From assembly GCA_964409875.1 (NCBI GenBank), contig CAYPEN010000003.1, positions 557 through 64,556 of the forward strand: 64,000 bases of DNA, read 5' to 3'. A program made the position numbers and the translations under genes. The notes beneath the pieces are model-generated. The model had not been told where the DNA came from, did not search any database, and saw only the letters and a program-made list of their open reading frames with translations. Positions 16,063 through 26,030 of the stretch are shown here, one piece after another (position 1 is the first letter of the stretch; every line of letters starts with the position of its first letter). The stretch comes from an uncultured Gammaproteobacteria bacterium. Lineage in GTDB: Bacteria; Patescibacteriota; Microgenomatia; Levybacterales; GWA1-39-11.

Positions 16063-18882
16063 ATGTTAAAACCGGTTAAACAACATATTTCGTTTTCGGA
16101 AATGGAAGACGAGGTGTCAAAATATTGGAAAGAGCATAATATTTTTGAAAAGTCCGTATCAAGCCGTTCTGATGACAAAAAATGGACTTTTTTGGATGGA
16201 CCTCCATTTGTAACTGGTAAGCCACATTATGGTTCCCTTCTTTCATCATTACCTAAAGATCTATTCGGAAGATATTGGACAATGAAAGGCTACCGCGTGC
16301 GGCGCGTATGGGGATGGGATGGACACGGACTGCCTATAGAGAACAAAGTTGAAGGCAAGCTTCGCATAAAAAGAAAAAGGGATATTGAGGAAAAGGTCGG
16401 GGTAGGGAAATTTATTGAGGAATGTAAGGCGTATGTAGACGAGGTGTCAAGCGAATGGGAATGGTACATTGACAAGATTGGAAGGTGGGTAGATTTTAAA
16501 AATGCGTATAAAACATGGGACATTTCGTACATGGAATCGGTAATGTGGGTATTTCACAATCTGTATAAAGGAGGGCATATCTATAAAGGTCTTCGGGTTT
16601 CATTATATTGTCCACACTGTTCAACTCCGATTTCAAATTTTGAAGTTGCAATGGACGCTGATAATTATAAAGAGATTAAAGACGCAGCTACTACCTATAA
16701 ATATCAATTGGAAGAAGAAAAAAACACGTATATTCTTGCATGGTCAACAACTCCCTGGAATAAAATAGTAACTCCTGCCTTAGCGGTCAATCCTACATTT
16801 ACGTATGTAAAGGTAAAACAGGGCAATGAATATTATATTCTTGCCAAAACAACCGTAAAAATGCTGAAAAGCGATCCTTCTTATGAGGTTGTCGAAGAAT
16901 TTGCCGGAAGCACCCTTCTTGGTAAAAAGTTTGTTCCACATTATGATTACTATGCGAATGACGTCAAGGAAGGGGAGCGGGCATTCGAGATTATCGGAGA
17001 CGACTTTGTTACGGCAGATGAAGGGACTGGAGTTGTTACCATTGCAGTATATGGAGAGGAAGACCTTCATGCAATGCAGGAAAACGATGTTCATATCGAG
17101 CAACACGTCGATGAAGAGGGGATGATAAAGTCTGATGTTCCTTTATTTGGCGGTATGTACTATCTGGATGCAAATGAAGCGGTAAATAATGATCTTTCGT
17201 CGAGGGGTCTTGTTTATGAGGACAAACCGCTGCCCCACAAAGTGCCTCACTGCTGGAGATGCGGAACGAGACTCTATTATTCGCCTCAAAACGCCTGGTA
17301 CGTCAACGTGCAGAGTATGAAAGAAAAATTGAAAAAAACCAACGAAACGGTTAACTGGTTCCCTAAGCACTTCAAGACCGGCCGGTTTCTTAAGAGCCTT
17401 GAAAGTGCACCTGACTGGAATATCTCGCGTTCACGGTATTGGGGTAGCCCTGTGCCAGTTTGGGAATGTAATTGTGGCGAAAGGTTTGTGCCTGAATCGA
17501 TCAAAGAATTAGAACAGATGTCAGGAAAAAAAATTACAGATTTACACAAGCCTTTCATAGACGAAGTGACAATAAAGTGTAAAAAATGTGAACAAAATGT
17601 AAATCGAGTACCAGAAGTACTCGATAGCTGGATTGAGGCTGGCAGTGCTTCATTTGCTGAGAGGCATTTTCCTTTTGAAGACACTGAGAAACTTCAGGAT
17701 TTCTTCCCACCTGACTTTATTGCCGAGTACACCGGGCAGATTCGAGCGTGGTTTTACGTACTACATGTGATAGGGACGGCATTATATGACTCACCTGCTT
17801 TTAAGAATGTGCTCGTGGAAGGTGTAATTTTAGGTACGGATGGGCGCAAAATGAGCAAGAACTACGGTAATTTTCCCGACCCCAAAAAGCTTATCGAGGC
17901 GTATGGAGGAGACGCTTTAAGAATGTATCTATTAGGTTCACCGGTCATGAATGGAGAAGATATACGAATTTCTGAAATAGATTACCGAGATCAGGTGAGA
18001 GGAACCCTTCTTATCCTTTGGAACGTATATAACTTCTTTGTGACATACGCGCTTTCAGACAATTGGGTTCCGGCAGATAATCCTCAAACCGAGAGAAAAA
18101 ATCCTCTCGATAGATGGATACTTTCACGTCTCAATGGACTAATTGGCGAAATGACCACCCAACTTGACAATTACAGTACGGTTAGTGCAATAAGCGGATA
18201 TAAAAGATTTGTGAACGAGCTCTCCACCTGGTACATAAGACGCTCGCGCGACAGGGTTGGACCGAGCGTGAATAATAAAAATGACAAGAAAGATTTTTAT
18301 GCAACATGCAATGAAGTTCTTATAGCACTGTCAAAGCTTGCTGCTCCGATTACTCCCTTTATCTCGGAAGAAATATTTAGAAATCTGACCGGAAAAGAAT
18401 CAGTCCATCTTGAGTATTGGCCTCAAATGAATATGTCACTGGTTGACCTTCCTCTTGAGGAGGAGATGGGGTATGCCCAAGAATTAGCCTCTTCAATTAA
18501 TTCTATAAGAAAACAGGAAGGGATAAAGGTTAAGATACCTTTCAAGAAGTTGGCATATGAAGGAGTTAAAGACCTCTCACCCGAAATATCTGAAATTGTG
18601 AAGGCTGAAGGAAATGTATATGAACTTGAATTTGCGGGCAAAAAAGATGAGTACGCAATACCTTCAATTGGAGGAGAAGAAAATTTAGACAAAAATGCTG
18701 GAGAGGCGAGGGATATTATCCGTTCCATACAGCAAAAGAGGAAAGAAATGGGCACTTCACTCACTCAGAAAGTAACCGTAAGCCTCCCTTTTTGGCCTGA
18801 AGAATTTGAGGAAGAGATAAAGAAAAAAGCGTTGGTAGAAAAGCTCGTAAAATCCGAGGAATTTAAGGTAGAAATCGAATAA
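16063..18882 (+). CDS. ileS: isoleucine--tRNA ligase (type 2-like)
   Basis: PPFVTGKPHYGS (HIGH-region variant), WGWDGHGLPIE, DWNISRSRYWGSPVP and the KMSKS motif (GRKMSKNYGN); 939 aa. Confidence 0.88.
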   Translation: MLKPVKQHISFSEMEDEVSKYWKEHNIFEKSVSSRSDDKKWTFLDGPPFVTGKPHYGSLLSSLPKDLFGRYWTMKGYRVRRVWGWDGHGLPIENKVEGKLRIKRKRDIEEKVGVGKFIEECKAYVDEVSSEWEWYIDKIGRWVDFKNAYKTWDISYMESVMWVFHNLYKGGHIYKGLRVSLYCPHCSTPISNFEVAMDADNYKEIKDAATTYKYQLEEEKNTYILAWSTTPWNKIVTPALAVNPTFTYVKVKQGNEYYILAKTTVKMLKSDPSYEVVEEFAGSTLLGKKFVPHYDYYANDVKEGERAFEIIGDDFVTADEGTGVVTIAVYGEEDLHAMQENDVHIEQHVDEEGMIKSDVPLFGGMYYLDANEAVNNDLSSRGLVYEDKPLPHKVPHCWRCGTRLYYSPQNAWYVNVQSMKEKLKKTNETVNWFPKHFKTGRFLKSLESAPDWNISRSRYWGSPVPVWECNCGERFVPESIKELEQMSGKKITDLHKPFIDEVTIKCKKCEQNVNRVPEVLDSWIEAGSASFAERHFPFEDTEKLQDFFPPDFIAEYTGQIRAWFYVLHVIGTALYDSPAFKNVLVEGVILGTDGRKMSKNYGNFPDPKKLIEAYGGDALRMYLLGSPVMNGEDIRISEIDYRDQVRGTLLILWNVYNFFVTYALSDNWVPADNPQTERKNPLDRWILSRLNGLIGEMTTQLDNYSTVSAISGYKRFVNELSTWYIRRSRDRVGPSVNNKNDKKDFYATCNEVLIALSKLAAPITPFISEEIFRNLTGKESVHLEYWPQMNMSLVDLPLEEEMGYAQELASSINSIRKQEGIKVKIPFKKLAYEGVKDLSPEISEIVKAEGNVYELEFAGKKDEYAIPSIGGEENLDKNAGEARDIIRSIQQKRKEMGTSLTQKVTVSLPFWPEEFEEEIKKKALVEKLVKSEEFKVEIE

Positions 18883-19965
18883 ATGAATCGTTTTTCAATA
18901 CAAAGAGTAGATTTTTCGTTACTCATCCCATCCGTACTTTTGGTAGCTTTCAGCCTTGCAACTCTTTTTTCCATTGACGTGATGCTGTTCAGGCAACAAC
19001 TAATATTTCTTGTTATTGGGCTTTTTTTCTATTTTCTCTTCCTCAATATTGATTACAAGTTCTTTACTCTTTATCCAAAAGCTGTATATGTATCGATTAT
19101 TGTAGGGTTTCTTGTTGTTTTATTTTTTGGAACTGTAGTAAATGGATCAAAAAGTTGGCTAGTTTTTTTTGGAATTCATTTACAAGTTGAGGAATTCCTC
19201 AAGCCTTTTTTCATAGTAATGGTGGCAAATTTTCTTTCCCACTCCAAGCTTCCCACTCTCCAAAAATATTTATCTTCATTTGCACTTGCGATTCCTATTT
19301 TTTTTCTTATCTTAAGACAACCGGACACGGGGACTGCCCTTATGTATATCGTAACCTTTGCTGGAATGCTATTTATGTATAGTTTCCCGATATATTACTA
19401 CTTATTGACTCTCGTTATGGTTCTTGCTCCTACTCCTATTATTTTGAATATTTTGAGGCCTTATCAGAAGGAGAGGCTTGTTACGTTATTCAACCTCACC
19501 GCAGACCCATTCGGCTCTTCATACAATGCAATTCAAGCACTTATTTCAATAGGAAGCGGTGGGATATTTGGAAAAGGATTGGGGGAAGGTACCCAGTCAG
19601 TATTACGATTTCTTCCTGAAAGACAGACAGATTTTATCTTTGCGTCAGTATCAGAGGGGTTAGGATTCTTAGGTGGATTAAGCATAATTTGCATTCTGTG
19701 TTTTTTGCTTTACCGCATCTATCGGCTTTCAACTCCTATTGATGATACTTACCCTTACCTCATTATTATGGGTGTATTTTTTCTAATTCTCGTGCAAACA
19801 TTGACAAATATTGGTATGAATATGGGAATGATGCCAATTATCGGCGTTACATTGCCTTTCGTGTCATATGGGGGAAGCTCGTTGGTGACGAACTTTATAT
19901 TGTTGGGTATTGTTTCGTCGGCTGGGTATGAATACAGAAGGAGACGAACACTCGAAATTATTTAA
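18883..19965 (+). CDS. FtsW/RodA/SpoVE-family peptidoglycan glycosyltransferase (SEDS)
   Basis: 10 TM; DFIFASVSEGLGFLGG conserved SEDS motif; start codon abuts the ileS stop. Confidence 0.8.
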   Translation: MNRFSIQRVDFSLLIPSVLLVAFSLATLFSIDVMLFRQQLIFLVIGLFFYFLFLNIDYKFFTLYPKAVYVSIIVGFLVVLFFGTVVNGSKSWLVFFGIHLQVEEFLKPFFIVMVANFLSHSKLPTLQKYLSSFALAIPIFFLILRQPDTGTALMYIVTFAGMLFMYSFPIYYYLLTLVMVLAPTPIILNILRPYQKERLVTLFNLTADPFGSSYNAIQALISIGSGGIFGKGLGEGTQSVLRFLPERQTDFIFASVSEGLGFLGGLSIICILCFLLYRIYRLSTPIDDTYPYLIIMGVFFLILVQTLTNIGMNMGMMPIIGVTLPFVSYGGSSLVTNFILLGIVSSAGYEYRRRRTLEII

Positions 19966-20021
19966 CGAGCAAGTGAAAATTATTGAACAACGATAACTTT
20001 TTTGGTACAATACCATTCATT

Positions 20022-20345
20022 ATGAATTTCGCAGTCATTAAAGCCGCTGGAAAGCAGTACAAAGTAACACCAGGTAGCATCTTAGAAGTAGATAAAATCG
20101 AGGGAGAAAAGGGAAAAAACATCTCTTTTGATGAGGTATTGTTACTTGGCGATGATAAAACTACGCTTATTGGTACTCCTTTGGTTAAGAACGCCTCTGT
20201 AACGGCAAAAATTGTTGATCAAATTAAGGGCGACAAAGTAAGAGTTGCAAAATTTAAGGCAAAAGCTCGATTTAGACGCGTTACTGGTTTTCGTTCTCAA
20301 CTTACAAAAATTGAAATTATCGGAATAAAAGGAGGCAAGGAATAA
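20022..20345 (+). CDS. rplU: 50S ribosomal protein L21
   Basis: MNFAVIKAAGKQYKV...; the ORF-track TTG start at 19983 adds 13 unlikely residues, so ATG 20022 is preferred. Confidence 0.85.
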   Translation: MNFAVIKAAGKQYKVTPGSILEVDKIEGEKGKNISFDEVLLLGDDKTTLIGTPLVKNASVTAKIVDQIKGDKVRVAKFKAKARFRRVTGFRSQLTKIEIIGIKGGKE

Positions 20346-20591
20346 ATGGCACATACAAAGTCAGCTGGATCAGTTAAAGGTAATAAGGATTCCATTGCAA
20401 AAAGACTTGGGGTAAAAGTTTTTGGTGGCCAAAAGGTTATCTCAGGTAACGTAATCGTACGACAAAAGGGAACTAAATTTCATCCTGGAATAGGAGTTTC
20501 AATGGGAAAAGATTACACCATTTTTGCTATTTCCGACGGGACTGTCCAGTTTAAAAATGCCCGTGGAAAAAAAGTCGTAGAAGTAGTATAG
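20346..20591 (+). CDS. rpmA: 50S ribosomal protein L27
   Basis: [25 protein letters not shown]...G.IIVRQ.GTKFHPG; SD AAGGAGG upstream. Confidence 0.9.
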   Translation: MAHTKSAGSVKGNKDSIAKRLGVKVFGGQKVISGNVIVRQKGTKFHPGIGVSMGKDYTIFAISDGTVQFKNARGKKVVEVV

Positions 20592-20603
20592 TATTGAACA
20601 AAT

Positions 20604-21428
20604 ATGGACGATTATAAGACAATGTCAATTGTCGAACTGGACCTATCTCTTTTGCAACCTAATCCTCTCCAGCCCCGGGGACTCATTTCACCTGAATCAT
20701 TAACCGATCTTGTAAATTCTATCCGCGAACAAGGAATTCTTGAGCCAATAGTGGTGGCCGAAACTCCGGCAGGATACCAAATCATCGCAGGTGAAAGACG
20801 GTGGAGAGCTGCAAAAATCTTAGGACTTATAAAGGTGCCGGTTGTTGTGAAGCAAACTACTCCGCAGCAGATGCTTGAGATGTCAATTGTGGAGAACGTC
20901 CAACGTGAGGATCTTAATCCTATTGAGCGCGCACAAGCATACAAGAGGCTCATCGACGAATTCAATCTTTCCGTGACAGAAGTTGCAAAAAGGGTAGGAA
21001 AGTCATTACCGTATATTTCAAATACTATCCGATTGTTAACTCTGCCTGATGCAATTAAAGACGCACTTGCCGCAGGTGTCATAACCGAAGGGCACGTTCG
21101 GCCTCTCATTTCAATCGGTGATCCTAAGCTCATGCTTACAGCATTTAAGAAGATTCTTGTTGAAGGGATAAGTGTGCGGGGAGCAGAAGATGTTGCACGT
21201 CAGGTCAAGGCAGAAATTCAGAAAAAAGAGCCTCAAAAAAAGAGCGACAAGATATATATTCCCGAGCAGGATGAAATGGCGCGAACTTTAGGCGAAAAAT
21301 ATGGTTGGAATGTAAAATTCGACCAATCAAGGGCACTTGGTAAAATCATTATTACCATAAAAGGAACCGAGGATAAGACCGGAGAAGAACTGAAAAGAAT
21401 CTATCAGAGGCTTCTTGAAGCTCAATAA
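20604..21428 (+). CDS. parB: ParB/Spo0J-family partition/nucleoid protein (orphan, no adjacent parA)
   Basis: ParB box IIAGERRWRAAKILGL; HTH SVTEVAKRVGKSLPYISNTIRLL. Confidence 0.8.
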   Translation: MDDYKTMSIVELDLSLLQPNPLQPRGLISPESLTDLVNSIREQGILEPIVVAETPAGYQIIAGERRWRAAKILGLIKVPVVVKQTTPQQMLEMSIVENVQREDLNPIERAQAYKRLIDEFNLSVTEVAKRVGKSLPYISNTIRLLTLPDAIKDALAAGVITEGHVRPLISIGDPKLMLTAFKKILVEGISVRGAEDVARQVKAEIQKKEPQKKSDKIYIPEQDEMARTLGEKYGWNVKFDQSRALGKIIITIKGTEDKTGEELKRIYQRLLEAQ

Positions 21429-21492
21429 CCCCCGGAAAGAACATTGATAGCTTGTCTTAGACCCTCAAAACCACTTAAATTTTACGTTTTTT

Positions 21493-22053
21493 CTATAAAG
21501 AGGCATGTTTGACCACTCTGAGATGATTAAGTGGCCAATAAACGAGAAAAGATCGACCGATAACTGCGCTTTTTGTAACAAATCCCCATTCTCGTGAATC
21601 TGAGCTGAATTCTCTATTGTCCCCCATGACAAAATATTGACCTTCAGGCACAATTACTTCATCGCCCTCGCCTAAGAATGCTCCACCGTTCGTTCGAACG
21701 TCTGAAGAAAGAAACGAGCTTTGGTCAAGCTTGTTCCCGTTAAGATATACTGCGCCCCCAGCAACTTTAACTCTATCTCCAGGTAATCCTATAATTCTTT
21801 TTATATAATCCTTCTCCTTATCTGGTGGTGCTACAAAGACAACGATATCACCTCGCTTAAGTGGTGAAAAGCGTAGTGATATTAAATTTGTAAGAACATA
21901 TTCACCGTTCTGGAAAGTCGGATCCATAGAATGGCCGTTCACTTGATATGGTCTAAAAAGGAATGCATAGATAACGACAAATATTGCGCCAGCAATAACC
22001 AGGGTCTGAATTAAATCAAAAAGCAGATAATAAATTTTTTTAAGAATTTCCAT
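21493..22053 (-). CDS. lepB: signal peptidase I
   Basis: GHSMDPTF (catalytic Ser), RIIGLPGD, GDNREFSSDSR box. Confidence 0.8.
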   Translation of the reverse strand: MEILKKIYYLLFDLIQTLVIAGAIFVVIYAFLFRPYQVNGHSMDPTFQNGEYVLTNLISLRFSPLKRGDIVVFVAPPDKEKDYIKRIIGLPGDRVKVAGGAVYLNGNKLDQSSFLSSDVRTNGGAFLGEGDEVIVPEGQYFVMGDNREFSSDSREWGFVTKSAVIGRSFLVYWPLNHLRVVKHASL

Positions 22054-22351
22054 CCTAGTAATTATCGAACCAAATTCCTTTTATTTCAAGAACATTTTGT
22101 AAATCTAAGCAATCCCTTACAAAAAAATTATCCGGACTTCATCCGGCAGACATCCATTGTGAAGGGAAAACCCTTATTTGTCAATCTAAATGAATTTTTT
22201 CTGCTACAATACAGAAAAATGAGTGAGCTTAATAATGTTTTATCACTCTCTTCACCCGAGTGCTAATAAGGGAGCAAATTCATTTCGTCCCGTAAAATCA
22301 ATCTAAAATGAAAAATGACGACTATATAAAAATGATATTATCTATATCAAT

Positions 22352-23374
22352 ATGAATCAGAAGAAGAAAATTTTGTTCCTCACCAGATTATACCATCCGC
22401 ATATAGGTGGTGTCGAGAAGCATGTTGAAGAGCTCTCCTCTCGTCTTATTGAAAAGGGTTATGAAATAGTTATTATAACTGAAAAATTTAATAAAACTCT
22501 GCCGGAAACAGAAGTAATAAATGGTATCACTGTTTATCGTATGAGTATTCCGGCTGAAGGTTTTTTAAAAAAGTTTTTTATATGGAAATGGATGTTGTTG
22601 CATGCCAATATCATTGCAGACCAAGATATACTGCATATACATGACGTATTTTACTGGTATATTCCGTTTCGTTTTCTTTTTCTTTTTAAAAAAACGTATA
22701 TAACGTTCCATGGGTATGAAGGATTTCCCATAAAAAGGAGTTGGAAAATGCAACGCAAATTAGCTGAAAAGTTGACAAATGGTAATATTTGTGTGGGAGA
22801 TTTCATGAAAAAATGGTATAAAACGTGTCCTACCTCAGTCATCTATGGTGGGGTGAGGCTGGAGGCGGAAAAATATAAGGCAAAAACTCATTCAGGGGTA
22901 TTTTTTGGAAGACTGGACGACCAAACTGGAATTAAAGAGTATATACAATCCTATAATTTGATAAAACGAAAATACCCAGATTTTGAAATGACCGTTGTAG
23001 GGGAGGGGAAATTAAAAGAGCGCATACCAAAGGGGATAAAAATTGTAGAATTTAAGAAAGAAATTATTCCTTACATTCAAAAGAACAGAATAATTTTCGT
23101 TTCGAGGTATTTGTCCATGCTCGAAGCACTCGCCTCAAAAAGAGAAGTTGTAGCAGTCTACGATAATCCAGTGAAAAAAGATTACTTGAATCTCTCGCCC
23201 TTCAAGAAATACATACATATTGGAAGTAATTCTACGGAAATTGCCGATATCGTACTAAATCTTCTTGGAAGAAAAATGCCTACAAAAAAGCTTCATGAAG
23301 GCGCGAAATGGGCTCAGAAGCAAACATGGGATAAAGTCCTCTCCGTCTACCTTACTCTATGGGAAATAAAGTGA
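22352..23374 (+). CDS. glycosyltransferase family 4-like (GT-B)
   Basis: N-terminal KILFLTRLYHPHIGGVEKHVEELS typical of GT4. Confidence 0.65.
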   Translation: MNQKKKILFLTRLYHPHIGGVEKHVEELSSRLIEKGYEIVIITEKFNKTLPETEVINGITVYRMSIPAEGFLKKFFIWKWMLLHANIIADQDILHIHDVFYWYIPFRFLFLFKKTYITFHGYEGFPIKRSWKMQRKLAEKLTNGNICVGDFMKKWYKTCPTSVIYGGVRLEAEKYKAKTHSGVFFGRLDDQTGIKEYIQSYNLIKRKYPDFEMTVVGEGKLKERIPKGIKIVEFKKEIIPYIQKNRIIFVSRYLSMLEALASKREVVAVYDNPVKKDYLNLSPFKKYIHIGSNSTEIADIVLNLLGRKMPTKKLHEGAKWAQKQTWDKVLSVYLTLWEIK

Positions 23375-25107
23375 TACATCAGATAAAGAAGAATACCAAC
23401 AACCGCAAGAAGGCTTATCGTATTCCCCATTTTTCGTACAGGTGTATCTTCAAATCGAAGCGAGACTTTGTATACTCCCTGGGGTAGGCTAAATTTGATA
23501 AGTCCGGTTTTGCCTTCGTCCACGCTAAATTGATGCTGTTTTCCATTTACATATAAATTCCAACCGGGAAAATACAATGTGTTCTCCATGAATGAAGAGT
23601 TTCTGATTACCCGAACATCATAATCATGTACTATCGGAGTTCTTGTTGTTGATTTTATTAAGGCTTCGCCTTTTGAGAACATAAGGTGTGAATCCGGTGG
23701 GTTTTCAAACCAAAGATTGGAATTACCTCTCCATTTTGGGACAGCAGCCTGTAGGCCTTCCCCTTCTGCTGTTGCAATGGGTAAATGACGGATAAGGTAC
23801 GTGTCGGTAATATCTGTTATCATGCCCCGTGTTCCCCAATTAAGTATAGTGGTAGCTATTGCGAAAAAGACAATCGGTAACATGAATTTCCTATCCATAT
23901 ATTCCGAAGATATGCCGCCAATAAATGCTAAAAGAAAAGAAATGGGGAGCATAAGTCGATAAGCAAATTGGAAATTGGTCATCAGAGGAATCATTTTCCA
24001 AATAGGAAATGATATTGGGAAGAGCAAAAAAAGAAAAACAAAAAAAAATAAAAGAGAAATTCCGAAAATTTTTTTATGCGGATTTTTGATTTTCGATTTT
24101 AGAAAATAAAGAATAGAAATTGTCAACATGAATAGTTGGACAAAACCCATTGGAAAAGAAATTTGACCGGTAGGTCCTTGAAATAAAAATCCATATCTCC
24201 ACGGAGCAAAAAAATACAATAAAGGATTTTCAAAAGAAATGCTTTTTCCATATTGTGATTGAAGGGAGGAACTTGTTTCAAAAAGTGCGCCCATCCAGTA
24301 AAAAGCGGTGAGGAGAAGTCCTAGAGTTAACGATAAAAAGATTTTAGTTTTGTTTTCAGTTTTAACAAAGAAGGGAAACGCAAATATAAAAGGAGTTGAG
24401 ATAATGGAGATTGCAGGATGGGATAGAAGAAGGGCAGCATAACAAAAAATGCATAGAACAAAATACGATAAGGAGTCTTTTTTTGTGAGCTTTATCACAT
24501 AATAAAACACAAATGGGAGCAATGCATATGCGAATAATTCACCTATCGCTACGCGAAAATGCATGTCGACGAGATGGTATGGTGCAAATAAATACAAAAT
24601 GCTTGAAAATGCGGACGGAAGAGGTTTCAGAAAAGTTCGTGAAAATTTATACATTCCAATCCCCGATAGAATAAAAGTTATGGCGATAATCAATTTCTCT
24701 CCTAGGATAAATGAAAAACCGACAAGTTTTAGGAACGAAAGAAGATAGTAGGGAAGTGGGTAAATAAAGATAAAAAGTGGATATCCGTATGTATAGTTTA
24801 AAACAGAAGCCCAACGAACAGGAAAAATTCCATAATTTAATGAAATCCACATATCTATGGAGCGCTCAATGTGAAGTGCAAAGTCTCCGCTTTGATGAAC
24901 TCCACTACGAAGTAGGGAAGCTAAGGGAAGCAGCGAGGAGAATATTACTAAAAAAAACGGATAGTTTTTCGCTTTTTTTAGTAGATACGACAAAATAATA
25001 AATAGAAAAAAAGCAATAAGGCTTACTGTTACGAGTTTATATGAATCCATTAGTGGTATTATAACCCTTAGAAAAGGGGGTATAATAGCAAAAAATGAAG
25101 AAAGCAT
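23347..25107 (-). CDS. large polytopic membrane protein (YfhO/GT-C-like), related to 40218..43028
   Basis: More than 12 TM; the loop motif GIFPVRWASVLNYTYGYPLF parallels GIFPLWNNLNAGGVPLF in the 40218 gene. Confidence 0.4.
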   Translation of the reverse strand: MLSSFFAIIPPFLRVIIPLMDSYKLVTVSLIAFFLFIILSYLLKKAKNYPFFLVIFSSLLPLASLLRSGVHQSGDFALHIERSIDMWISLNYGIFPVRWASVLNYTYGYPLFIFIYPLPYYLLSFLKLVGFSFILGEKLIIAITFILSGIGMYKFSRTFLKPLPSAFSSILYLFAPYHLVDMHFRVAIGELFAYALLPFVFYYVIKLTKKDSLSYFVLCIFCYAALLLSHPAISIISTPFIFAFPFFVKTENKTKIFLSLTLGLLLTAFYWMGALFETSSSLQSQYGKSISFENPLLYFFAPWRYGFLFQGPTGQISFPMGFVQLFMLTISILYFLKSKIKNPHKKIFGISLLFFFVFLFLLFPISFPIWKMIPLMTNFQFAYRLMLPISFLLAFIGGISSEYMDRKFMLPIVFFAIATTILNWGTRGMITDITDTYLIRHLPIATAEGEGLQAAVPKWRGNSNLWFENPPDSHLMFSKGEALIKSTTRTPIVHDYDVRVIRNSSFMENTLYFPGWNLYVNGKQHQFSVDEGKTGLIKFSLPQGVYKVSLRFEDTPVRKMGNTISLLAVVGILLYLMYHFISHRVR

Positions 25108-26030
25108 TTATTACCACTGTTTTTAATGAAGAAAAAACAATTAAAAAACTTTTAGAGAGTTTGAAAAATCAAAATGAAATTCCTTCTGAAACTATTATTG
25201 TTGATGCATTTTCGGATGATAAAACGGTAAAAATTATCAAAGAGTATCAAGAAGAATATCCCTCATTACATATTGTTCTATTGCAAAAAAAGGGCAACCG
25301 GTCAGAAGGTAGGAATTTAGCGATCAAAAATACAAAGTCAGATATCATTGCGGTAAGCGACAGTGGTTGCGTTTTAAAAAAAGATTGGTTTTACGAAATT
25401 ACAAAACCATTTAATGAAAAAAGTGTCGACGTTGTGGCGGGGTTTTATAAACCGATAACACATTCGGTTTTCGAGAAAAGCCTTTCGACATATACATGTG
25501 TCATGGAGGAAAATGTTACCGATTCCTTTTTGCCTTCGTCCCGTTCTGTAGCATTTAAAAAAATTGTATGGCGGAAAGAAAAAGGCTATCCGGAAGATCT
25601 TGATACATGTGAAGATTTATTTTTTGCGCGAAAACTTAAAAGGAAAGGGTATAAATTTTTTGTAAACAAGAAAGCAGTTGTATATTGGCCGCAAAGAAAA
25701 AATTTATTCCAAGCATTCCATCAATTTTTTTCGTATGCAAAGGGGGATGGTATGGCACTATACGTGAGATGGCAAACTCCGCTTTTATACCTGAGAGTAA
25801 TTGCCAGTGTTATTTTATTTTTAATGTTTCTAAACACTCGAAGTATTGTGGTGCTCTTAATGATAGTCATGCTGTTTTTTTTGTATGTAGTGTGGTCGAT
25901 AATAAAAAATTACCGCTATGTAAAAAATAGGATGGCAATTTTTTACTTACCGTTGTTACAAATAACCTCCGATGTAGCGGTTTTTTTTGGTATGACGTTC
26001 GGTTTTTTTGGTCGGTTATTTCCGTTTTAA
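25095..26030 (+). CDS. GT2 glycosyltransferase with C-terminal TM helices
   Basis: AFITTVFNEEKTI...IIVDAFSDDKT GT-A DxD-type layout. Confidence 0.75.
   Translation: MKKAFITTVFNEEKTIKKLLESLKNQNEIPSETIIVDAFSDDKTVKIIKEYQEEYPSLHIVLLQKKGNRSEGRNLAIKNTKSDIIAVSDSGCVLKKDWFYEITKPFNEKSVDVVAGFYKPITHSVFEKSLSTYTCVMEENVTDSFLPSSRSVAFKKIVWRKEKGYPEDLDTCEDLFFARKLKRKGYKFFVNKKAVVYWPQRKNLFQAFHQFFSYAKGDGMALYVRWQTPLLYLRVIASVILFLMFLNTRSIVVLLMIVMLFFLYVVWSIIKNYRYVKNRMAIFYLPLLQITSDVAVFFGMTFGFFGRLFPF

Noticed and set aside
16290-18974. Several 70-130-aa ORFs on both strands inside ileS (16290..16532, 16780..17106, 17143..17684, 18423..18974)
   Set aside because: All lie within or antisense to the uninterrupted 939-aa IleRS reading frame; they are AT-rich-genome artefacts.
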